Of a DNA stretch of 64,000 nt, positions 28,083-41,251 are shown piece by piece. The position numbers and the translations under genes are program-made. The notes under the pieces are model-generated. The model saw only the letters and a list, made by a program, of their open reading frames with translations, ran no database searches and had not been told where the DNA came from. Numbering within the stretch: the first letter of the stretch is position 1; the number at the start of each line of letters is the position of its first letter. The stretch covers positions 1 to 64,000 of the forward strand of contig ADNK01003130.1 of assembly GCA_000320545.1 (NCBI GenBank), given 5' to 3'. This stretch comes from Bigelowiella natans CCMP2755. Lineage: Eukaryota; Protista; Cercozoa.

Positions 28083-29635
28083 GGGTTGGGGGGGGGGGGG
28101 TTAGATTCTTTGGAATGGATATATGAAATGTGGTCGTTATTCTTCCACACGGAAGTAGAGAGATCAGCTTTACCCCCGAAGAGGCAGCATCCCCATCCTC
28201 GTTCTCACTTGTGCGTGTGCACACGTTTGTTTGGTGTTGGTTCGAAAGGGATGCACGGCGTGTGAAAGAAATTATTGCAAGGAATATCTACGATCGCCTG
28301 GTCGTTCCCAATCCACGCCCACAATCTATAGAAAGCGAGAGGGAGGGGAGGGGGGAGAGAAGGAAAAATAATAAAAAAAATATGTTAAGAAAATCGTGGT
28401 GTGGAAGACATGAAAACGGCACACGCAAGAACAAACCTATTAACGCAGAGGCAACCTGTGCTCGAATACATCACTCCGGAGGAATTTAGTGCTGCGGCAT
28501 GCGAGGTGATGCACGCACTTATAAGCAGTTCTGGCCGCTGGTCGTAGTAGAAGAAGAAGAATAATCCATTTACATATATACAGATAACACACACACACAC
28601 ACACAAACATATAATATATATATATATATATATATAATATTGAGTGAAACAATATATTATACTATCATCATATTTGATTTTCTCCCTAAAGAAGGAGAAC
28701 TTAAATGGAACACTTGCTGTAGTTTTCGTTGGAATTACTATCTTAAAATGAAACAAAATGGCGTCGTCGCTTGCCCGTGTTCTCCTCCTCCTCTCTCAAT
28801 CTTTTCCCTTCCCTCCCCATCTTCAGACACCCGGAGTCAACGGCGCGGTGACGGTCGTGCAAACACCGCTCTTCGAGATCTACGGCTCTGTGGTGAGTCA
28901 ACAGCAGCGATCCAGAGCGACGATGATAATAATTATCATAATTATAATAATGATAGTAGACTTGTTATAATTATGTGATGATGATGTCCTTACGCATGAG
29001 TATTCCACTGGGAGCGACATTAAGATCATCACATTGATCATCATCGCCCTCATCATCTACTTCTTCTTCTTCTCCTCGCAGGAATGGGAGGAGGTAGAAG
29101 CAAAGATCCTCAAACATCCAAAGGACCTCGTGGTTCGTGCTCGCGCGCAATTTATTCTAATAGGCCTCGCTAGCAGACATAATTACGACGAGGGGAGCAC
29201 TTTAGGGGTGCTTTTGCTGCTAGCCACACCGAGCTATAACAGCGTATCATCATCTTCGATTTTGTCATCATCATCGTCACCACCGTCCCACATTCCATGT
29301 TCTTTGTGCAGAGCCGAAAAGCGGTGCACGTCCCCGAGAGCAACAGCACGATGGATCTCTGGAAGGACTTCATGGTTCCATGGGACGTGGAGGTGGAGAA
29401 CTACAAGCGCTACCTGGAGTGGCTAGACCGCTATGAGAATGGTTACAATCAACTTTCACTGATACAGCAACAACAACAAAAGAAGAAGGCTTCAAACAAT
29501 AATAAATGTTCAATGGTAGTGATTGGAGAATACTTGAGGCAATATAATTCTTATCTTACAACACCCGTGTGCACAGATAATCTCAAGGGCATCGAGGATG
29601 TATTCGACGACAGTCGTGACGTTGGAGGATTGTAA
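25479..29635 (+). CDS. Hypothetical multi-exon protein with N-terminal hydrophobic signal (possibly plastid-targeted or secreted)
   Basis: [17 protein letters not shown] signal-like stretch; GT-AG exons such as [32 protein letters not shown] and [31 protein letters not shown]; stop at 29635. Confidence 0.55.
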
Positions 29636-29769
29636 TCATGTGGGCCGGTAAGAGAAACGGAGGAGTAGTAGCTCCAGTGATAAATATTAGGAGCGGGACG
29701 CACAGAATGATAAAGATAGTAGGTGATGGAACGATGCTGTTGGTGATAATGACAACAACAAGAAATTGT

Positions 29770-30590
29770 GAAGCTAGCATCAGATGGACCCTGTCAATGA
29801 TGTCTAGATGTGACGTGAGAGACCGTGGCGCTGGATCATTTTCATGGTGTGCAGTGCATCAAAACCCCACAATTTTCTCACAATGAACGCAAAATCAAGA
29901 TGCCATCCACAACACAAAGTCACATGACCTGGAAATGCAACTGCACTGAAGTGCAGAATGTGCTGACACGCGATCACTGCGCGCATTGCGATGCCAGCCT
30001 TGGCTGAGCATTCATCGTGTTGCACGTGGCAATTGAGCGGTGACACAATGGTTCAACTTGTGTGCCTGTCAGAGGTCTGTGCGTGTGCAAGCGAAACGTT
30101 TGAGCTCGCAGAATTGACACCACATTCACTTGCCTGGCTGTTATCACTCGCGGATGTCTAGATGTGTGGCTCGCACAGTCGCACAGTTCATGCTTGCACA
30201 GTGAGGACAGTGAGGGGTAAAACAAGAATTGCTTGCTCAGCTCATGCTCATCATCCAGAAACGCATCGCAACCAACTTTGCATTCATCCCTAAGCACAAA
30301 ACAGAGGCACATGCTGGAACCAAAAAGCCATGAAAATTCCTCAACAAAACAGCCCCTGCCGTTACACGTTCCCTTTTCTCGTCACTAGTCGCAATCAACA
30401 TGCATCTGGCGTTTGCAAACGTGCGACATCATTTTCTGTTCACGAAGAGCCGGATTGTTGCTCTGTTTGGTGCCTGGAGCTGGAGCGTGCGACAAAGGAC
30501 TAGCCGCTGAAAGCACCAAAAATTGCCTCATTCATTCGAAACCTTGGTGCGGTGTTTTGAGCTCTAGAATTGAAGAGCAGCACAACTTTA
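29770..30590. other. TpA-depleted zone, probably overlapping 5' exons of the lectin gene
   Basis: No TA from ~29807 to ~30140; several remaining TAs are in CTAG. Confidence 0.8.
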
Positions 30591-30996
30591 CAAACAACTT
30601 GACAAACAACCAGGCTCTTGCGGACATTAGAGGTTCTTAGTGGCAGATATTAGACGGCTGGTAAGCGATCTCTTGCGTGCGCAGAGCTTGCTTTTTTAAG
30701 TCGGGTGAGAAATACAGCTATTTTTCTGTGAGGGACCTGTCTCAAAATCCAAAGGTGAGGAAACGGTGCCTACGCACATCCACAGCTCCATTCGCTCTCA
30801 TGCTATCGTTTGCTTGGCTGCTGATGTCACTGGGATTCACCTGTGAATCCACTAACGGCTTCATTATGGTATGTGTTTTATTCTTTTGGTCAGCCTGGGA
30901 GGATATTAGACCCCGTGGGCGTCGCTCAGTACATCATTCTCACTTAGGCTTCAAAGCAAATTCAGCTACAAGACTCAGTCGTCAACCCAAACATAG

Positions 30997-33900
30997 ATTT
31001 CCTCTATCCATTTTATGTCTGTGGATCATGCCAACAGCAAACAAACCACTGCCCCGCTTCTGCTTCCAGTGTCAGATTCATTGAATGTATGGGGATCTAT
31101 GATGTATTCATCGACACAACCATCGAAGACATCAGAGATTTCTATCGCAAAATTCACGAATTATATGATCTGTTGGGACAAGTTTGCGATCTCGAGGAGA
31201 AGGCAAAGACATATGAAAACCGCCTCAACACAGGTATTTGACAGATGGAATTTGAAATATATCTTCTATAGTTTTGCACAAAATATGACAACAAATCTTA
31301 CATACATTAGCGAGGAATGTTGCTTCGAAGGTTAGGAGGGCTAGACTACCTTATCTTTCTAACGCGATGACTATCGTTGATGCAGGACTCCAGGTAACAT
31401 TTTTACTAGCTATTGATTTACTACCGGCCTGTGCATGTAGGAATTAAGGGTTCATATACTTTGCACTTTGCACAGGTTTTGATTAACGGTGTTCGAGGAT
31501 TACGTAGAGTAGGTGAACTAGGCTGTGATGCACAAGAAAAACTTGACCCTGCCATCAAAACAGCTGAAAGGATCTATGCTGGTCTCGACACACTCGAGGT
31601 TGCCACCGATCTCGTGAAAGGTTACGCAGAAGCACGCTGCAGGATACATAACGAGCTGTGCGTTTTGGGGAGATATTCTAGCTGCCAGTTTTCATCTGCT
31701 ATCGAAGACTTCTATGAGCCAGCCTGTCTTGCCATGCCTAATATGGTATTTCCATTCCTGAACGTTACTTTGCCCCCGGTAAAATTGAGCTTTGGAGATC
31801 TTTTGCCAAACATCGACTGGCTCCTTCTAAATATCCCTATCCAACTCGACATTATCAGAAGCATTCCACTTCCAGACTGGTCGCTGCTGTATTCAATTTT
31901 CGATTTACTTGGAGAGGTTGTTGGTCGGGTCTGCAACACGTTTAAGGGATTTTGTGACGTTGAAATTCCTTTCCTTGGCTCGTTAGATGCTATAGAGAAT
32001 TTCATCAAGGATCTACTGAGAAATATAAGCCCACACCTTGATCTTGAAGCGCTATTCAATAGTCTTCTCAGTCCAAATCCATTCGATATTTTAAACTTAA
32101 ACTTTTGGAATGTTGATATAGACCTAAGAATTGGCAGAATTCCTACTTTCGATATACCTAGATTGAATCTAGCCATTGATAATTTTCTACAACTAATATA
32201 CAATCTTCATCTTCCGATTCCAGACTTCCAGTTACTTTTCCAATGCGAAAAAGATGACGCTGGAACCCTGATAACTTTTGATTACTCCTGCGCTGGAAAT
32301 CATTTCTGCAGTCAATTCAATTTTAATCAGCAGACTCTCTCCTGTCCTACTGGATACAGGGTTAATGTATTTTCTGGCCTGCATTTCGAACAACATAACG
32401 TAGACTTTGAAGATGAGAATGCGTGCAAGATTCCTATCGATTTTGAGTGCAATTCACAGATAGCGATCGATTGTACTGGGCAGGGAAGTTGTATCTATGA
32501 CCCCCCGGATTCGATCAGTCAAAACTCTTTTAAAAATTGTGGAGAAAGTTCAATCGCCACAAGTCATTTCGTGACGATATATACCTGCAAGGATGAACGA
32601 TATTGGAATGCAGGGCTTGGAATTACAATTAATGGGGGTTATGTCGATAACGACGTGATTGAACGCTACATATATCCTCTACAAAGCGACATTCGCAATG
32701 GACAAAGTTCATTTGTTAGCTGTGAAGATGGCTTCTATGTTGTTCTCGGAGGTATATATGGTCATGCAGATCTATATCCTGATGAATTCCGAAAAGCATG
32801 CAACTATCGTCAAAACTGTACTGTTACATGGGACTATGTAAAAGACCTCGACATTCCATCCCGCTATGCCGACCATCCAAACTGGATAGATCCGTCGAAC
32901 TACTGTCCTAGCCAATATATATATGATCACTCAATATTCGGTCCCAATGGTGGATCCTTACTTTGTACTGAAGGGTGCGACTCTTACGATTGCACACGAT
33001 TCGGTGCTTGCCCGAATATCCAGACATGCGACGGGAGCGTTTCTCCTTGCTGTCCAAGGCGGCAATTCTCGAACGGACATGAAATTTTCCAGAACCGAGT
33101 GAATCCTTACAATATTTCGTTGTCTAGTGGTTACAAAAGGTTTTACTGGAGATGCGTATCGAATGAAACTGTACCGCCAATTGATGTACAGATGCAAAGC
33201 CATTTGTCCAGATTGGAAACCTACTTTCCAATAGACTGGCCGCATCCAGGGGATAAAGGCCATACCCTCAAAGTATTTCCTGTTAACACCTCTTTGTCCT
33301 GTTCTAACGTAAACGCTATCATAAACATACGCTCCGCGGTTTATCAGAATCGTGAGGCCACCCAGTTCTCACATGTAACTCCCTTTTATAACAACGATAC
33401 GGAAAAATACAGAATTTTCATTTCAAACAACTGCAACGGAAAGCAGAGTTGCAATATTGATTACCCGATCGATGATCCATTCAGTCACAATGAAAAGCAC
33501 CATTGGCTAGTGTACGCTTATGATTGTCTTTGCGCCCCTGGTACCCAGTACTATGAGCGAACTCAACGATGCGAACTTTGTGATCCTCGTATGGTGTCAG
33601 AGGGAGCCGACAAAAAGTGCAGTTTCTGTGCCTCTGGCCTTGTCCCGAGTATGGACCAAAGCGTTTGTGAGCCATGCCCGGTTGGAACCAAAACTCCAGC
33701 TGAGGAGCATCCTGTGCACGGTGGATGTGATCCTTGTGAACGCGGACAGTTCCAAGATGAGACAGGCCAGGCATCGTGCAAATCCTGCCCAGCTGGGCAA
33801 TACCAAGATCTTTCCGGGAGCACAAGATGCCAGGAATGTTTACCAGGAACATTCACGTCTACCGAGGGAAATGTCGAATGTACACCTGCAGCGCTAGGAT

Positions 33901-34913
33901 ATTATGTACCCACACCAGGAATGACCCATCAGATTCCTTGTCCAAGTTCATACGGCACCGATGTCCTCGGAAGCAAAGATTGCATATCACTTGGTTTAAT
34001 CCACTGTTTGGGAATCGAAAACTGTGTTACCGACGCAAACAATCTAACAAGATGTGGGGACGCTACTTTGTATTACAATACGGTTGCTGCTGCATGTATG
34101 ACTTGCCCAGTAGGTAAGATAGCCAATGACTTGAAGCTTGGTTGTATTGACCCTCCTGAACCAACTCCACACCCAACCCCATTACCAACTCCCGCTCCCA
34201 CCACACTCGCACCCACCATGACTTCCCCAGATGAAATCTTGAAATGTGTTGATACCCGTTTGCGCGATAGCTATGGTTGGAGTCCTAGAGGAGTTTTCCA
34301 AACAATAAGAGACGCTCGTGTAGCCTGCGCAGGCTACACTCGCATGTCTCTTGAATGCCCAACATCTGCAGGATTTGAAGTTTTCTGTGGCAGCGAGAGC
34401 ATGATGAACGCTGCTCCGACCCTCGCTGTTCAGGAATGTGAAGGTCTTCCAAGCAATCCAAACATTCATGGTGGGTCCAACATTCATTGTGTTGGTCCAT
34501 ACTTCCTGACTGAAGATTCCATGCTGTATGCGTTGGGAGGTGCTAATCGGGGTGCAGTGTATCGTGTGGATCCATCAATCTTGAAATGTGTTGATACCCG
34601 TTTGCGCGATAGCTATGGTTGGAGTCCTAGAGGAGTTTTCCAAACAATAAGAGACGCTCGTGTAGCCTGCGCAGGCTACACTCGCATGTCTCTTGAATGC
34701 CCAACATCTGCAGGATTTGAAGTTTTCTGTGGCAGCGAGAGCATGATGAACGCTGCTCCGACCCTCGCTGTTCAGGAATGTGAAGGTCTTCCAAGCAATC
34801 CAAACATTCATGGTGGGTCCAACATTCATTGTGTTGGTCCATACTTCCTGGCTGAAGATTCCGTGCTGTATGCGTTGGGAGGTGCTAATCGCGGCGCCGT
34901 ACTCAGAACCTAG
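30997..34913 (+). CDS. Large Cys-rich extracellular protein: SUEL/galactose-rhamnose lectin-like domains, ephrin-receptor-like (GCC2/GCC3) repeats, Pro/Thr stalk and a duplicated 114-aa C-terminal module; further 5' exons likely
   Basis: 1166-aa ORF at 31413-34913 (main exon from ~31476); LSCSNVNAIINIRSAVY..CNGKQSCNI..DPF..LVYAYDC; CxxCPxG(Q/T)(Y/F)Q repeats; PEPTPHPTPLPTPAPT; upstream exon 30997-31232. Confidence 0.8.
34236..34910 (+). repeat. Near-identical in-frame 342-bp tandem duplication (114 aa x2)
   Basis: Copies start at 34236 and 34578 and are identical except for a few changes near the 3' end. Confidence 0.95.
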
Positions 34914-34919
34914 TGGCAA

Positions 34920-35480
34920 TGTTATTGGTCAGTGTCAAGACTTGACGATGCAAAGTGCACATCATTTGTATCAGGAAGATCCTTGTGGCAGGCGCGTGTA
35001 CGTGTAGTGACGAATCAAGTCATTATGTCAATGGTGCATCGACCACGCCAGTCAGTAGCTGAAATCATTGTGGAATGCCTTGGCATGTGGTTGGACACAT
35101 GAATTCTGTGCATGAAGAAGCAATCACTGTCTATCTGCTAACATGCTAGCATGGCTCATGACAAACAGCTCTGCTTGCACACATAGTAGTTGCCTCCGAT
35201 GCTGCAACATACGCATCTGAATGTAATGTTTTAGCATCAGCAGTTTACTCATGTTTTGTGGAGGTTCATGCCTTTGTATTTGTCTACTTTGATCATCAGA
35301 ACTAGAGAAAATAAGCATGGAAATCATGCTGTTGTGTGTGCGTTCTCCGCGGAAGGCGCTCGAAAACATGCATGGTAGCATGCATTCTAGCATTGGAGGA
35401 TTAGGAAGGAAACCTTGCATGCACCATTCTGTCATTGCACTCTAGCACTCCATGTCGCACTGCTAGTTAGCTAGACTGGT
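34920..35480. other. Partially TpA-depleted, CATG/TGCA/CTAG-rich spacer between converging genes
   Basis: Repeated gcatg/tgca words; many surviving TAs are in CTAG. Confidence 0.6.
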
Positions 35481-35580
35481 TGTCACAAATGTCTTTATGC
35501 AAATGTAAAGCTGTAAACAATAGTTGTCATGTTCATCTATTCTCTTAGTATACGATTATTCAAAAAACTTGTGTGCACAG

Positions 35581-36824
35581 CTACATCATGTGCATTCTCA
35601 GGGCTGCTCTAGATGCACTGCGAACTACACAGGGGATCTTCTCTTTTCCTGAGCAATTTATAAAGGCATAACCACATAGTACGTCACACTGAGTCAGATA
35701 ATGCAAAACAGTACGATGTACTTATTCAAATTCCTAAACAATGGATTCGATAAAGTCAAAAACTGCATCGCATGGACACGATATGTAGCTACCCAATCTC
35801 TTTTGCGCCTCGAATCTGTGGCATCCGGAAAAGCCGTATATTACACCATCTACTTCGAGGACATCTATCGGCTCCTTTAAGCCTGTCGCAAAGCATGCGG
35901 GAACAACAATATTGTCAACATTGACCATAACATCACCAACGTTGAAACAAAAACCATTCTCCAATGAAGGACAAAAAAACCATGGAGCATTTTTTAGATG
36001 TGTGAGGATACCAATTTCCCCTATTGATTTCATAAGAGCTTGAATCTAGGATATAGGATGAGCACCCAATTACGGTTGAAAACTGTCATTAAAACATCGT
36101 CACGGTTGCACTTGTTGTAATTATCTCGATGCATTTTCTTCGCTTCCGTCTCGGCAATCATAAACGTTCCCAAGCGTATCATCAAGATCAATAATGATGT
36201 ATCCAAAGGTTGAAGTAGACCCTAGCATAATGCAGGAAGGAATCAACGGGTCGCCACCTTTTCCTCATTGTTGGTTCGCGTGTACTCGAACGGCCTACGA
36301 ATTTCCTGGATCGGAATCTAACCAAACACAATAGCTCATAGCAACCACAGCACCACCATCACCAGTACCTGCTAGTAGCGTTGGCAGCAAGCACGTACAT
36401 GTAGCAGCGGCGGCACACAAGTGAATGTGTTTAGATAGCTTTCCATGCTCACTCGTTGGTTTTGTCGGTTTATATTTCCGAAAGGGTCGGACTCAGTGTG
36501 TTTTCTTATCATAGTGACAGACACCTCTTTAACTTTGTCCCACTTGACGCGCTTCGTTGCCTTCTCTGTATTCCAACCGAACCGCTTTTCCATATCCCTG
36601 AGGTCCCGTTGAGCATTTGCATCGGTCGCGCAGAGCTCCACAGGGCGCTCGGCTCCCCTCCACCTCCACCTGAAAGTAGGAAACCTCCCAGCACCGTGCG
36701 AAGGGGTCGATCCCGTTGGGACCCCTCGATCGCGCACAATATGCACTCGTATTGCGCAGAGGGCCTGTTCAGCAAGGGCCAGGAAAAGAATTCCTCGGCA
36801 CGTCGCCGCCGCAGCCGCCGCCAT
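35581..36824 (-). CDS. SRX: Sulfiredoxin (plant/cyanobacterial type) with N-terminal signal plus transit-like extension
   Basis: Exons: MAAAAAATCRGILFLALA...WDKVKE | IPIQEIRRPFEYTRTNNEEK | IQALMKSIGEI | GLKEPIDVLEVDGVIYGFSGCHRFEA | GKEKIPCVVRSASRAALRMHMM*; FSGCHR is the catalytic motif. Confidence 0.92.
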
Positions 36825-37162
36825 TCCAGCACCTCGATCGTCGTCGCCGATGCCCTTCTTTCATAAAAATATTTCATGAAGTCATAAGGTCATTTACTAG
36901 TTTAATTCTCTGAAATCCGTTGTCGCAGGTAAAAAACGACATCTCTTTCTGGGACGGAAGCAAATCCATTCCAGAAGGACTGCGGGAGTGATGGGGCGAA
37001 TTTGTGGCCCCAATTATTTCCAAAAAAACAAGTTATTTCCTTCAACTTTGCTTCCACATCATTGGCAATTCGAGGCGATCCAAAGGTAAATAAAAAGATA
37101 TTCCTAAGATGTTTGTAGGATGAAAAAAAGTCTATGGAAATGTTCCGACAGGAACGAATAAG

Positions 37163-38145
37163 ATGGGGTTGAACACGTGCCACGCCAATGGTGGCCGCCG
37201 CGTCCTTCCGATGCGAGTGCGCGCTTCGATTATCGTTCTTGGTGTTCTGTTTCCCTTTCTTCTCTTCCAGTACTTTTGCGACCCCATCGCTAAACCGGCG
37301 CTACGAAGCGCTCCCCAAAGTCGCTCGCAAGTGGTGGGGGGCAAGGTACCCCATGTGGGAGGCCAGAAAGGCACGTTGGCTTGGCGTCCAAAGCGAGTAT
37401 TTCGATCACGAAGTGCGAAACGTCGCAATTTCCGAGGCAATGCTGCAAAGAGCGACGGTGATTAATTATTGATTTGAGAACGTCCGGTCCGATGGCGCCT
37501 TGAAATTTTCTATTCGTAGTTCTCCTGTGGGCTGAAACGTTATCGAAGTCCCACGATGGGGAGGTAGTTTTTTATCTCTGCAGCAGCGGAAATCTGTCGT
37601 AAAACGTGTTATTGTAGGTGTATCAGTTCAAGGACATTGGATTAACCATCTCGAGGGGGGAGAAACTAGGCTTGATTGGTGCAAACGGTGAATTTTAAGA
37701 CACGCCAACACCGATGCCGCTGCTGCTGCTACTGCTGCTGCTGATGATATGATGATGTATCATCGAATAAATATGGCGAGGAGGATGTTTAGAAGTAGCG
37801 CTTGAAGCTTAAGACATACAACCATCCCTTAGGGTGCGGGAAATCGACACTGATGAAGATTCTCTCCGGACGAGAGGCTCCTGATCAAGGTATGCTTTCT
37901 ACGCATCTACACACGATCCCAGCGTTATTTCTGCACCATAGCAATTACGATATGCGCTTATCTTACAGGTGATAGTCGAACGCGAAAGGGAAGCGTAATT
38001 GCGTACGTCGAGCAAGAACCACAGCTCCCAGCAGGAACAGTGATGGATGCAATCTATCAGGTTTGGTACCTCAATAAAGACCTGTACATTAGAGAATATA
38101 AAGAGAGCAATGATAATGCAAGTTTGCATGTGTATTGCATGTCTA

Positions 38146-38179
<34 letters not shown>

Positions 38180-40172
38180 CTGTATGCACGTGTAATGTAT
38201 CTGACTTCAATACAAAATAGAGCGACACTCCGATCATGAACGCTTTAAAGGAGTTTCAGGTAGTTGTGCTAGCTGCTGATTTCACCTAGCTGCTGATTTC
38301 ACCATTCCACGCGTCTAGGAAAGGCAAAGACGTTAACAAAATATTCTCCTAAGAATCTTGCATGCTTCATCATAACAATCATCATCGTCATGGTTACTGA
38401 CATAGAACCTCACCACTTCAATCTTCCTTTCTCTCTCTCCCCCCTTCGCCAAGGCCGCCTCGGCACGGGTTGCTCAGGAAGGCGGCAGCAAAGGGGCCTT
38501 ACAGGCACTCGAGCGTGCAACGGAACGGATGAATCTCGAGGACGCTTGGGACGCAGAAGCGAGGGCCAAAATCATCCTTCAGAACCTCCTCCCTAATGTC
38601 AATCCCGAGGGGCGAACGGATGGTTTCAGTGGGGGGCAGCGCAAGCGCGTAGCTCTCGCAAGCAGCCTCTTGCAGAAACCAGACCTGCTTCTCCTAGATG
38701 AGCCCACGAACCATCTGGATGTGGAATGTATAGAGTGGCTCGAGGCGGAGCTCAAGGATTCCCAGTCCGCCCTGATTCTCATCACGCACGACCGCTACTT
38801 CTTGGAGAGAACGTGCTCCAGTGGAATCCTCGAGCTGAGCGACGGCGGCCTCTACCGCCATCCCGGACGCTACTCAAAATACCTGGAGAACCGAGAGCAG
38901 CGGCTGCGAGAGGCGCAGACAGTCGCTGCTAATGCTAAGAGAACTTTGCGGAAAGAGACGGAGTGGATGCGCCGCATGCCCAAGGCGCGAAGCACGAAGT
39001 CGCAGGCGCGCATTGACCGCTACTACAGCCTTTTGGACGTAGCTGCCTCAGCCCCCAAGGAGCAGAAGAAGCTCAAGCTGGAGGGACAAAGCGAGCGGTT
39101 GGGTGGAAAGGCACTTGGCATCGAAGCGGCCAGCTTCAGCTTCCTCGACGAAGATACTGGCAGAAGGAAAAACATCCTGCAGAACTTCACGTACCACTTT
39201 CACCCGGGCGAGCGCATCGGTCTTGTCGGCCGAAATGGCGTCGGCAAGTCCACAGTCCTGAACCTTCTGGCGGGGGAGATTCCTCTCCAAACTGGGATCT
39301 ATGATATCGGAGAAACCGTAAAGATCGGCTACTACAAGCAGCAGGGTCTTGACCCCGACGACGACACCTTTCTCCCCGCTCAAAGTAGTAACGATCCCTC
39401 CATCGCAGCCACGACCCCCTCCTCCTCCCTCTCCTCCTCTTCCTCTGCCGCGAAAAGGATCGTCGATGTCGTGAGCGACATTACCGGGAACCAGGAGGAT
39501 GCTCTGAAGCTGATGGACCGATTCAACTTCGAGAGAAAGCGCGCGTTCATGCAGGTTGCGCGTATGTCTGGCGGCGAGCGGCGGCGCCTCCAGCTTCTGT
39601 GCGTCCTCGCTCTCCGCCCCAACGTCTTATTCCTCGACGAACCTTCCAACGATCTGGATATCCCCACCCTCTCTGCGTTGGAGTCATTCCTCACGGAAGA
39701 GTTTAAGGGTTCCGTCGTCGTTGTATCGCACGACAGGGCCTTCATGGACGCCGTGGTGGACAAGCACCTCGTTCTAGAGGGTGACGGAAAGGTCGCGCTA
39801 TTCCAGGGCACCTTCTCGGAGTATCTGGACATGGAGGAGCAGAGAAAGAAGGCTAGTAGCCATGCGGAGGCAGCTGAGAAGAAAAAACAGCAGCAGCAGC
39901 AGCAGCAACAGAAAGAAGACGGGGAGGGACGGCGGCGGAGGAAACTCAGCTACCGCGAAACGAAGGAGTACGAACAGCTGGAAGAGGACATTGACAGTCT
40001 GTCTGCAGAGAAGGAAGAGCTCGAAGCTATACTGAACTCTGCATCGCACGAGGGGAAGGAGTATGGAGAGGTCGCTGAGATGGCCGAGAAGCTAGCTGCG
40101 ATGTCTGAGGAAATAGAGCAGAAAACCGACCGATGGCTCGCGTTGGCTGAGATTCTCGAAGGAACCTCATAA
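37163..40172 (+). CDS. ABC-F ATPase, bacterial Uup-like, with N-terminal targeting extension
   Basis: Two nucleotide-binding domains and no TM segments: LIGAN|GCGKSTL, FSGGQRKR, LLLLDEPTNHLD; GRNGVGKST, MSGGERRR, LFLDEPSNDLD; PKARSTK linker; C-terminal KLSYRE..LEEDI..DRWLAL. Confidence 0.92.
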
Positions 40173-41084
40173 AAGGATGTCTTTGGATGGAGAGGCATTA
40201 GGGAAGAAAGGGAGAGAGCGGGGGGAAGGAGAATGTTACTCCATGTAGTGAGCAGGTGCATGGCCTGCACCGTCTTCCAAATATTTTAGCTATTTTCCAC
40301 AGTTACCATCGTCTTGGTGATCGCAATGTGTACCGTAAAAATGGCTGCTCTTGTAATCTTGAATCAATGCCGTATTAATTTACAGAATAAAACTACAGAT
40401 AAAAAGAAGTCTACCAGCACGATAGGCTAGATGACTGGGCATATGTAACGGACGACGATTTATTGTGATTTAATCAATATTATTAGTCCTGATAATTATG
40501 TTTCGCATGAAATTTGTACATACAAAAGATATGAATTCATATACCCATATGGATATTAAGCATGGGATGTGAGCATACAACGATTTTATATTTGCGGACA
40601 AAAAACTTGGTACGTAAATTCTGAAAATTTTCAAGATAGGGATTAGGGGAACTAGTATGAATCTTACATGTGTTATGTGCATGCACATGCATATGGATGC
40701 GGAACATGTCCAGATTTTAATAAAGCTTGGTGGGCTCCTTCGTACAACAGTACACCTGCTAAATATCTAGACAGCCACTCAAATTCCTCTAGTCATCTTG
40801 ACATGTAATTATTGAGCTGAGTATTCATGACATTCATGAGTTGTGCCAAGTAGCACACGTACGCACGCATCTTGAGCATGTCTCATCAAGCATGCACATG
40901 TCCATCCCCCCTTGCATATCCCACATTTAGCTGACATTCAACACAACTGATCTGCGCAAGTGCACGTGAGCCGATAGAGTCCGTCTATGTGTACTACACA
41001 TAGTGGGTTTAGAGCTACTCTGTATTAAATATGCATAGCTAGATAGTGGGCTCTGGCAGCCTATTCACAGCATGGACGACACAC

Positions 41085-41120
41085 AAAATCTTAGTGCTGT
41101 AGCCGCCGCTTCACATAGCT
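41085..41120 (+). mobile_element. Short 3'-end relic of the same LINE family, within a partly TA-depleted spacer (~40680-41150)
   Basis: 41091-41120 matches 59817-59846 at 24 of 30 nt. Confidence 0.55.
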
Positions 41121-41251
41121 TAGAGCTACATATTTTGCACAGCTATAATGGGATAATTATTTAAAATGTAATTATTTTCATAACATACGTCCCGTATTTA
41201 TAATTGTTATGTCAGATTACACCGCACACGGTATGAAAGAATCTTTACTGT

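Noticed and set aside
35572-35588. 15-nt match to the LINE 3' end (tgcacagctacatca)
   Set aside because: It overlaps the sulfiredoxin stop codon and does not extend, so it is probably chance.
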